DNA of 13,279 bases from Candidatus Bathyarchaeia archaeon (GTDB lineage Archaea > Thermoproteota > Bathyarchaeia > Bathyarchaeales > Bathycorpusculaceae). Positions 1 through 6,746 of this stretch are shown piece after piece (position 1 is the stretch's first letter; the number at the start of each line of letters is the position of its first letter). The position numbers and the translations under genes are program-made. The notes below the pieces were generated by a model. The model saw only the letters and a program-made list of their open reading frames with translations, was not told where the DNA came from and ran no database searches. The stretch is taken from NCBI GenBank assembly GCA_049515895.1, contig JBEKTQ010000049.1:1-13279 (forward strand). Direction: 5' to 3'.

Positions 1-985
1 AAACATAAGTAGCACCCGTCTGACCACCAACAGCCGACCCAGCCAAATACCACTGATAATGCAAAGCACCCGTACCGCCAGAAGCAGCACAAACAAACGT
101 CTGACTCTGACCAACATCCATACTCCACGAAGCAGGAGTCACCGAAACAGTCTGAGCAGCACTCACCGTAACCGAAGCAGCAGGAGACTGTGCCGAAGTC
201 ACACCGAAACTGTCAGTAACCGTTACAGTAATCAGGTAAGAACCCGCAGAAGCGGGACCAAAACTGACCGTTGACGCAGTGGCGCCACTTTGAGCTACTC
301 CACCAACGTACCACTGGTAACTTGTGTAAGTACCTGAACCTCCACTTGGAGTAGCTGTGAACGTTTCACTCTGACCAACATCCATACTCCAAGAAGTAGG
401 CGACACAGTAACAGTCGGATTCACTGAAACAATGGCAGCAGCAGACTGAGGCGAAGTCGCACCGAAACTGTCAGTAACCGTCACTGTAATCGAGTGAGAA
501 CCCGCAGAGGCAGGAGAATAACTAAACGTTGACGCGGTCTGACCACTCTGAAGAGAAGAATCCACATACCACGCGTAAGACGAGTAGGTACCTGAACCGC
601 CAGAAGCAGTAGCAGTAAACGTCTTAGACTGACCAACATCCATACTCCAAGAAGCAGGCGTCACGGCAGCAGTCAGACCAGCATCGACGGAGACGGAAGT
701 GGCGCTTGAAGTCGCTTGTGCCCCACCACTATCTGTAACTTGAAGCTCAAAACTCCAAACACCTGCAGTCGTATAACCCGATGTGAGAAACAGATAGCTT
801 GCCGAATTCGCACCGGCAATCGACGAATAAGGATTAGGACCAGGAGCCTTCTGAAGCCACTGATAGGAGTAAGTAGCAGTACCAGTCGTCACAGTAGTAG
901 AACTCAAAATTGAAAACTGACCCGGATCAATCGTGGTTGGCGAAGCAGAAACAGTTGGAGCAATCAACGCGGAATTCACCGTAAT
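1..985 (-). repeat. Intragenic PKD/Ig-like module array of the same family as 10520-13279
   Basis: One NSALIAPTVSA...WSFELQVTD module plus two complete and one partial SWSMDVGQS modules. 451-660 aligns ungapped to 12571-12780 with 28 mismatches in 210 bp by hand count. Confidence 0.9.
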
Positions 986-3577
986 GCCAGTTTGAGAACC
1001 GGTAATTGTAGACGTTGCTGTGTCGGTGACGGTAATTGATTGAACACCAGGCGTCTTTAGTGTAACGCTGAAAGTGTGAATACCGCTATCAGTAGAGGAG
1101 AATTGGTAGTCGCTGGGCAATGCCGCCGAAACATCTGTAGAAGTGAAATGAACGGTGCCCGTGTAGCCCGTAGCAATATTACCATACGGATCCTTAGCCG
1201 TTACCGTAACAGTGCGAACAACATTTGCGGTTGTTGGACTTGGAAAACCAGTAACAACCATGGCAGATGCGGATGCTGGATTCACGGTTATGCCGCTGCT
1301 TGTTTGAGATATCGTTCCACCAGTCACCGTGATAGTCTGGGAACCAGCAGTTTCCAGAGTGAAGCCGGAGAAAATATGGCTGCCACTATCTCCTAGAGTG
1401 AACGAGTAGGGGCTTGTGGACTTGTAGGGCAAGATAGCGTTGTTGTCGGTTGAAGTAAAGTAGACCTTACCCAGATAGCCATCTATCACGTTGTTGCCAG
1501 AATCATAAGCTGCAACTGTGACGCCGCCAAAGCTCGTACCTGCATTCACAGAAGACGGGCAACCAGATATTGTGAAATGGTCGAGAGTCACGAAATTGAA
1601 TGTTGCGGTGCCGGAATTACCGCTTGCATCTGTTACACTGACAATTTCTGGGCTAACAGCTGAGGATTGAGCAGTGAAGATTACGTTCGAGAATGATCCA
1701 CTTGCATCGCTAACTACGTTCGCCGGAGTGGTTGAAACCAGAGCTCCACCAAATGTTATCTGCTGTAATTGTGAGTTGGCAGTATAGCCCTGACCAGATA
1801 TTGTAATCGTAATTGGAGTACCAGTAAGACCCCGCGTAGGACTTATGCTGATTGAGGGAGTAACAATGAAAATACCGCTGGCTGAATTTACCCCATCACT
1901 CGCCAAAACTGGATTTCCCCCTCCCGTCCCAGAAGCCACAAAAGTTGCCGAGAAACTACCATAGGCGTCCGTAGTTACGATAGAAGGATTCGTCGTTATC
2001 GGGTTTCCATCAAAGGTGAGTGCAATTGTTGAAGAAGAAATAAAGTTAGAACCTGTTACGGTTACCGTTGTGCCAACCGGACCGTTCGCAGGACTGAGAG
2101 CTATGATAGGTGAGGTAACTGTGAACGTGGCATTAGCATAATCGAACTTATTGTCGATGATTGCGACTTCTTTGCTGCCCCCTGTTGCAACTGCTGGGAC
2201 CGTGAATGTGGTACCGGGCTGGATATTGCCCGACCCATCAGTTGTAGTGGAACCACTGAGGGATACCGGTGAGCCAGCAAAAGTTGCCAAAAGCGGAGAG
2301 TTAGCGGCTAAACCACTCCCAGAGACCGTAACTACCTGACCAACGGGACCACTAGTAGGCGAAAGCGTCAAAGGAAGACCAAACGTAGGAGTATTCAGTT
2401 TAATTGCATCCGCGATAAAAGCCCATGGATCTTGAGGAGTAAAAGTGGCATTTACTGACAAGTGGGTGTTGGTTGTATTTGTAATCATGGATTCAATCCA
2501 GATTGATCTTGGAGCAGTAGTCTCAGTCGTTTGTGTGGCGCCGCCTGAGTTTTTCACACCCCTTACCTGTGTGAAGCCGCTTCCTGGTGTTATTGAAGGG
2601 GTTGGCCAGTCGACTGCCAAGGAACCTACGACTAAATCATGTGCGTTGGTCGTACTGACGGAAAGGCTTGGTTGTGTTCCACTGCCAGCATGAGGATTAT
2701 TATTTCCGATTGCGATTTTGCAAGTCCCATCAAAGGGCGAAGCGGTGTTGACTCCGCTAACTGCGAATGCCATTGCCGCCCAATAGAAATCCCCTTCACC
2801 GTTGCTCTCTGTAAAAGAGATTGACATAGTACCGCTCGAAGGCATTATGGCATACCAAGTTTCCAAAAAACTGTCTCCACCCTGTGAGTGGGTTGTGCTG
2901 GATTCCCCTCTCTCAACCCAGGTTAGACTAGGAGTTGAAAAAGGTGTGACTTGACCGTCATCATCGAAGATCACTGCTAAGTAAATCAGGTTGTTCGGGG
3001 ATTTTGTAGTAAGGGATAATTGTATGGTGGGAGCGGGGCTGCCAGCTGTGCTGTTTGAAACTAATCCGTTGGAACCCATGTTTAGTTGATTGGCAGTGGG
3101 GGAAGCTGATATGGCGTTTCCTCTCGCTGTTATAAACCAAAAGTTAAACTGGTCAGTGGAAGAGGAATTTACGTTTGGGAAACCTATCGCGTTAAAGTAT
3201 GGAGTAGTGCTTCCAGAATTTAGGACAAGCCCACCAGATATAGGGGCATTAACAGTCTGGTTTGTGGTTATGTCTTTAATCCATAATCGATCTAATTGAG
3301 CTGAAAGTGGACCGTCGTTGGCGATGTCACACTCTACGTAAATTATTTTGTTTCCAGGGGCTTCCGCGGGGTTTAAGATGGATAAAGTTGCTTGTTCCGT
3401 GGCTCGGTCATTATCCATTTGCCTAGTCGTGATTACTGTATTTTCGAGGCTTGTGTTTTGATTGAGAATTATCATGAAACTGGCAAAAACAATCACAACT
3501 ATCAGTATGAAAAATACCATTCCGAATACTGTGCCGATGCCTTTCTTGTTTCTTCGAAGATTACGGTGCAAATTCAT
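1..3577 (-). CDS. Giant pilin-like adhesin (class III signal peptide + pilin domain + unknown beta-domain + Ig-like repeats), 3'-partial, at least 1192 codons
   Basis: ATG at 3577 gives MNLHRNLRRNKKG|IGTVFGMVFFILIVVIVFASFMIIL (basic leader, KG cleavage site, hydrophobic helix). The same frame checked by hand at 3577-3420, 3160-2400, ~1500-1440 and ~90-2 is open and protein-like. It runs off the left edge without a stop, which explains its absence from the ORF track. Domains: pilin-like (~3577-3100, ends FNFWFITARGNAISA); unknown ~210-aa domain (~3075-2396); three IPT/TIG-like repeats (LSPxxGPVGxxVTVxGSxF/L, ~2385-1600); two invasin/Big-like repeats (DxxGN...GxVxFTSTD, ~1600-985); then PKD/Ig-like repeats (SWSMDVGQS...YQWY...VTVTDS). 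Confidence 0.9.
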   Translation of the reverse strand, partial: MNLHRNLRRNKKGIGTVFGMVFFILIVVIVFASFMIILNQNTSLENTVITTRQMDNDRATEQATLSILNPAEAPGNKIIYVECDIANDGPLSAQLDRLWIKDITTNQTVNAPISGGLVLNSGSTTPYFNAIGFPNVNSSSTDQFNFWFITARGNAISASPTANQLNMGSNGLVSNSTAGSPAPTIQLSLTTKSPNNLIYLAVIFDDDGQVTPFSTPSLTWVERGESSTTHSQGGDSFLETWYAIMPSSGTMSISFTESNGEGDFYWAAMAFAVSGVNTASPFDGTCKIAIGNNNPHAGSGTQPSLSVSTTNAHDLVVGSLAVDWPTPSITPGSGFTQVRGVKNSGGATQTTETTAPRSIWIESMITNTTNTHLSVNATFTPQDPWAFIADAIKLNTPTFGLPLTLSPTSGPVGQVVTVSGSGLAANSPLLATFAGSPVSLSGSTTTDGSGNIQPGTTFTVPAVATGGSKEVAIIDNKFDYANATFTVTSPIIALSPANGPVGTTVTVTGSNFISSSTIALTFDGNPITTNPSIVTTDAYGSFSATFVASGTGGGNPVLASDGVNSASGIFIVTPSISISPTRGLTGTPITITISGQGYTANSQLQQITFGGALVSTTPANVVSDASGSFSNVIFTAQSSAVSPEIVSVTDASGNSGTATFNFVTLDHFTISGCPSSVNAGTSFGGVTVAAYDSGNNVIDGYLGKVYFTSTDNNAILPYKSTSPYSFTLGDSGSHIFSGFTLETAGSQTITVTGGTISQTSSGITVNPASASAMVVTGFPSPTTANVVRTVTVTAKDPYGNIATGYTGTVHFTSTDVSAALPSDYQFSSTDSGIHTFSVTLKTPGVQSITVTDTATSTITGSQTGITVNSALIAPTVSASPTTIDPGQFSILSSTTVTTGTATYSYQWLQKAPGPNPYSSIAGANSASYLFLTSGYTTAGVWSFELQVTDSGGAQATSSATSVSVDAGLTAAVTPASWSMDVGQSKTFTATASGGSGTYSSYAWYVDSSLQSGQTASTFSYSPASAGSHSITVTVTDSFGATSPQSAAAIVSVNPTVTVSPTSWSMDVGQSETFTATPSGGSGTYTSYQWYVGGVAQSGATASTVSFGPASAGSYLITVTVTDSFGVTSAQSPAASVTVSAAQTVSVTPASWSMDVGQSQTFVCAASGGTGALHYQWYLAGSAVGGQTGATYV

Positions 3578-4103
3578 AATCAAACACGCTCTGACGTTGA
3601 GTTGTTAATTGAAGTGTATACACGGAACCAGGAGTTAGAGGCGCACCTGTTTTTAGCTTGACATTAGAGAGTGTAAATTGTGCTTCCTTTCCAACGTTAA
3701 GACCTGCTGCAATTGTTGCTCCTCCACCGATAGGTTGTAACGTAATTTGATTTGGATTAACAGAATTGGGATAATATGCTACCACGTTGTGGCTCGCATC
3801 GTAGAGGAAGATCGTGTTGATTTTTACGTTACTTTCGCTTCCAGAATTAATGATGTAAACCGTTAATGTTGTGGAAGATCGAGTGTAAAGGACGTTTTCA
3901 AAGCTTATTCGCTCAGCGATGGCTGCCTGATTGCCCGATAAAGTACTTACGTAATTGTTTGTGGTGTTAGTGGTGAGATTGCTTGAAAAGTAATAAGCGA
4001 GTGAACCAAAAACAATTATGATTGCTGCCAACAACATTGTGGCAAATATTGGACTAAGGGCACGCCTATCAAGCAACCGAAAATTACGCTTATGTTTACC
4101 CAT
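3561..4103 (-). CDS. Archaeal type IV pilin-like protein (probably a minor pilin) with intact class III signal peptide
   Basis: MGKHKRNFRLLDRRA|LSPIFATMLLAAIIIVFGSLAYYF matches the archaeal prepilin motif (K/R)(G/A)|hydrophobic-SP plus helix. The globular part has VYIINSG...INTIFL and a C-terminal YTLQLTTQRQSVF strand. Its 3' end overlaps the start of the giant ORF by 17 nt, suggesting translational coupling. Confidence 0.9.
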   Translation of the reverse strand: MGKHKRNFRLLDRRALSPIFATMLLAAIIIVFGSLAYYFSSNLTTNTTNNYVSTLSGNQAAIAERISFENVLYTRSSTTLTVYIINSGSESNVKINTIFLYDASHNVVAYYPNSVNPNQITLQPIGGGATIAAGLNVGKEAQFTLSNVKLKTGAPLTPGSVYTLQLTTQRQSVFDYEFAP

Positions 4104-4368
4104 TTACCAGTTCCTCATCGGTTAATTTTTGGATTGACCACGTTAAGGGAGACTGAGCTCTAAGATTAATAATGGAAACTCGAAGTTCCTTCCCTGTTTT
4201 CACAGGCAACTCTTGGTCTGTCCTTAGCATTCTACCGCTTTCTTACCTTCCATTCATCCAGTTCATTAATAAAGTAGGTTTTTTTAAAAACTCTAAATTG
4301 ACTCTCAAGTGCGAGATAGACAAAAAAAGCTGTTTATGGCTATTTAACTTCTATTCCGAGTTTTGATA

Positions 4369-4405
4369 TATTACGCAAACGTAATACTTTCTGATTTCTC
4401 AGAAA
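4369..4405. promoter_or_regulatory. Two adjacent palindromes, candidate transcription-factor operators
   Basis: TATTACG-caaa-CGTAATA (4369-4386) and TTTCTGA-tttc-TCAGAAA (4388-4405), upstream of the pilin/giant-pilin operon. Function is inferred only. Confidence 0.35.
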
Positions 4406-4574
4406 TTATTTTTGCCTAGAATTATGGTTAGCTTTAGCCTTCTAATAGAATGCTTTAGTCAATCATTTCTATCTTGCAGCGCCACAGTTTAACAAGTTGT
4501 CATTCTTATTCTGATCATTACAGATTAGGCCTAAAGAGAAATTGCCTAATTTGAAAAAAGCAAAGACCTTTCTG

Positions 4575-4617
4575 AAAAAGTTGAAAAAGGAAAAGTTGTG
4601 GGCCAAAACAAAGCCCA
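4575..4617 (-). terminator. Putative terminator of pilin copy 1
   Basis: Short stem TGGGC...GCCCA (4599-4603 / 4613-4617) just after the stop codon, followed on the minus strand by several T-tracts. The same layout follows copy 2. Confidence 0.5.
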
Positions 4618-4620
4618 AGT

Positions 4621-5052
4621 TTAAGGAGCTACGAAGGATGGTGAGACGAAACTACCGCCTGCCTTAGTGACCAGCGTAACCGTATACGCAGATCCTGAAG
4701 TAAGAGCCGGAGCAGCTGTTGCAGTTAACGGTGTTAATACTCCAGTACCAGATGGAGTCGCTCCAGTTGTGATTGCAGTTATGGTCTCGACTGAGTTACC
4801 AGCACTATTCTTAACGACTAAACCAGTAACTGTCGGAATCGGCCCGCCCGTACTCTGATAATACACAGAAAGAGCAGCGTCACCAGTAGCTACGGACGCC
4901 GACTGCACCGCAACCTTCTCTTGCCCAGCTGTTCCTCCACCAGTCATAGTTGCCAATGTACCACTTGTAAACATGTAAACAACCACACCCGCGATGACTG
5001 CAATTGCGATTAGAATAATTCGACTACGTCTAAAACTTTTCATTTTTTTCAT
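4621..5052 (-). CDS. Archaeal type IV pilin, copy 1 (candidate major pilin); the cleavage motif is missing in this assembly
   Basis: Basic leader MKKMKSFRRSR is joined directly to the helix IILIAIAVIAGVVVYMF. The Ala/Thr/Gly-rich globular domain ends YTVTLVTKAGGSFVSPSF. It has a strong RBS and its own TATA promoter. The expected (K/R)(G/A)|xSP segment is absent at 5018/5019. Confidence 0.85.
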   Translation of the reverse strand: MKKMKSFRRSRIILIAIAVIAGVVVYMFTSGTLATMTGGGTAGQEKVAVQSASVATGDAALSVYYQSTGGPIPTVTGLVVKNSAGNSVETITAITTGATPSGTGVLTPLTATAAPALTSGSAYTVTLVTKAGGSFVSPSFVAP

Positions 5053-5054
5053 AA

Positions 5055-5063
5055 CACCTCCTC
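5055..5063 (-). promoter_or_regulatory. Ribosome-binding site of pilin copy 1
   Basis: GAGGAGGTG lies upstream of ATG 5052 (2 nt away) and of an alternative in-frame ATG at 5043. Confidence 0.7.
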
Positions 5064-5095
5064 GCTAAATTTTGTGGTTTAACATTTTATTCCTT

Positions 5096-5134
5096 CCGTT
5101 AACTTATAAACGGTGTTAACTACACCTAAATATT
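5096..5134 (-). promoter_or_regulatory. Pilin promoter: TATA box plus upstream palindrome
   Basis: Minus strand reads aatattta-GGTGT-AGTTA-ACACC-g-TTTATAA-gttaacgg. TTTATAA is at 5104-5110 and the inverted repeat at 5112-5126. An identical 39-bp copy lies at 5693-5731. Confidence 0.7.
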
Positions 5135-5252
5135 CATGATATCAAGATTTTTGAAATTTAATTTGTCTCAAATTGTGGTTTTATTTGCAAACTTGCACAA
5201 TCGGTGCCCAAGGAAATAAGAAGCTAAATTAATTTTTGGATTAAAATTTTGC

Positions 5253-5295
5253 AAAAAATTAAAAATAGAAAAGTTATGGGCAAAAACAAAGCCCA
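5253..5295 (-). terminator. Putative terminator of pilin copy 2
   Basis: TGGGC...GCCCA stem (5277-5281 / 5291-5295) after the stop codon, followed by T-tracts on the minus strand; parallels 4575-4617. Confidence 0.5.
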
Positions 5296-5297
5296 GT

Positions 5298-5692
5298 TTA
5301 AGGAGCTATGAAGGATGGTGAGACGAAACTACCGCCTGCCTTAGTGACCAGCGTAACCGTATAAGCAGTTCCTGAAGTAAGAGCCGGATTGGCCGTTGCA
5401 GTTAACTGTGTTAATGCTCCAGTGCCAGATGGAGTCGCTCCAGTTGTGATTGCAGTTATGGTTTCGAGTGAGTTACCAGAACTATCTTTAACGACTAAAC
5501 CAGTAACTGTCGGAATCGGCCCGCCCGTACTCTGATAATACACAGAAAGAGTAGCGTCAGTAGGAGCTGCCGCCGACTGCACCGCAACCTTCTCTTGCCC
5601 AGCTGTTCCTCCACCAGTCATAGTTGCCAATGTACCACTTGTAAACATGTAAACAACCACACCCGCGATGACTGCAATTGCGATTAGAATAA
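5298..5692 (-). CDS. Archaeal type IV pilin, copy 2; 5' end (RBS, start, leader) missing in this assembly
   Basis: Paralogue of 4621-5018: hand alignment gives 12 amino-acid substitutions, 1 codon indel and 6 synonymous-only codon changes. At 5692/5693 the coding sequence abuts the promoter block directly, so the track's start at 5768 translates promoter DNA. Confidence 0.8.
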
Positions 5693-5731
5693 CCGTTAAC
5701 TTATAAACGGTGTTAACTACACCTAAATATT
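5693..5731 (-). promoter_or_regulatory. Pilin promoter, second identical copy
   Basis: 39-bp exact match to 5096-5134; TTTATAA at 5701-5707 and GGTGT-N5-ACACC at 5709-5723. Confidence 0.7.
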
Positions 5732-5896
5732 TGGAACCTGAATTTAAAGTCATAAGGAAAACTTGCATTATCTTCTATATCGATGTTTTTAACTCAAATT
5801 TTGTCTCAAAAGAAAAGTACTTCCCAAGTTGTTGTTTATCTTGCATATGTGTTCTGGGAAAAATTCTGGGTTCAAAATTCTGTTTTCCTAATAAGT

Positions 5897-5977
5897 AGAA
5901 GGTTGCCAGGGATTCAGGATGAAGTTTCCTAATCCCTGGGTGTATGGAGGCTTTCTCCTTTCTCCTCGCCCTTCTCC
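5897..5977 (-). ncRNA. Candidate small structured RNA
   Basis: GC-rich island in an AT-rich spacer. Stem CCAGGGATT(c)AGGA-N7-TCCTAATCCCTGG (5906-5939), three GGAGAA motifs on the minus strand, and a TATA-like TTTATAT (6004-6010) about 26 nt upstream. No family recognised. Confidence 0.3.
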
Positions 5978-6210
5978 AATCAATTTATGATTCAAAAAAC
6001 ATGATATAAATCATATTTCAAATTTGAATATATATCCAAAAACGATGTTGCGCCACCAGCCATTTTTGCATGTGTAAAGCTTTCATTTTCTTTTTTAATA
6101 ATTTCTTGTTATTTTCGGGTTGCTTATTTCGCAGGTTGACATATTGTGTATTACGAAAGCTTATTTATTTGCTGGAAAACCTAACGCGTCATTGATAAAT
6201 ATGTCCGATA

Positions 6211-6429
6211 ATGAAAAGAAGCATTTTGGGAAACTCGGGAGTTGAGACGATGCGGAGAAGTTCAAAGCAGAAAATGTTTGTAATTCTGTTGATGCTGACG
6301 CTCCTCGGTGGATCCGCTGGCATATCTATAGCTGTTACAGAAGCATTTCTTCCAGCTGCATTAGCCATGTTGGCAGCAGTAGGTGCGCTTTCAATGTTGT
6401 ACCCGAAGCTTATTAGGAAAAGAAAGTAG
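6211..6429 (+). CDS. Small hypothetical membrane protein (two hydrophobic helices); real start probably ATG 6250
   Basis: Hydrophobic segments MFVILLMLTLLGGSAGISIAV and FLPAALAMLAAVGALSMLY are flanked by basic ends (RRSSKQK, KLIRKRK). SD-like GGAGTTGA at 6238-6245 precedes ATG 6250, and a T-tract follows the stop. Confidence 0.7.
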   Translation: MKRSILGNSGVETMRRSSKQKMFVILLMLTLLGGSAGISIAVTEAFLPAALAMLAAVGALSMLYPKLIRKRK

Positions 6430-6446
6430 TTTTCTTCCTTTTTTTG
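6430..6446 (+). terminator. U-tract terminator of the small membrane-protein gene
   Basis: TTTTTCTTCCTTTTTTT directly after the TAG. Confidence 0.5.
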
Positions 6447-6660
6447 AGATGCTTAAGAATCAGTTTTCTGAATTTTTGGCTTGTTTTTCATTTGGTAAGT
6501 TATTTCTTTTTTCTTGGAGATTGGCCCTTTATCTTTGAATTTGCTTGTTAGGATGTTTTCATGAATTAACATTATAAACGTTTAAAATTGAAGTCATGTC
6601 GACGAGTGCTACTTTGTGAAAAAAGAAAAAATGTAGAGAGCAAAGTTTATTTTTGACTGG

Positions 6661-6706
6661 AAAAAAGGAAAATGGTTTTGGGCTTCAACATTTCTTGTGT
6701 TGAGCC
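6661..6706 (-). terminator. Putative terminator of the giant anchored surface protein
   Basis: Imperfect hairpin GGC(t)TCAACA / TGTTGAGCC (6681-6706) followed by TTTTCCTTTTTT on the minus strand, about 40 nt after the stop codon. Confidence 0.4.
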
Positions 6707-6746
6707 TGCTTTTAGCGAGTTTTACATTGTCTTAATTACTTCGTTT

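Larger units (their letters stand above)
4897..5692. repeat. 122-bp exact direct repeat between the pilin paralogues (4897-5018 = 5571-5692)
   Basis: Base-by-base comparison, offset 674; both copies end at the apparent deletion junctions. Confidence 0.9.

Noticed and set aside
59-3661. Plus-strand ORFs in the track over 59-3661
   Set aside because: Antisense shadows of the continuous minus-strand giant ORF and pilin gene; no independent protein features.
4621-5692. Diversity-generating retroelement template/variable pair
   Set aside because: Fewer than half of the differences involve an adenine in either single copy, there is a codon indel, and no reverse transcriptase is present in the window.
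3561-5692. Archaellin (flaB/arlB) assignment
   Set aside because: The N-terminal and C-terminal motifs look pilin-like and no archaellum genes are in the window, so no gene symbol is given.
5693-5768. N-terminal extension MQVFLMTLNSGSKYLGVVNTVYKLTV of pilin copy 2
   Set aside because: It translates the promoter block that is non-coding in copy 1; the frame is open by chance.
4172-5898. Plus-strand ORFs 4172-4366, 4667-4858 and 5710-5898
   Set aside because: They lie in AT-rich spacers, over a promoter or antisense to a pilin, with no coding signature.
5919-6003. 28-codon plus-strand ORF MKFPNPWVYGGLSPFSSPF...
   Set aside because: Too short, starts within a strong hairpin, and has no supporting features.
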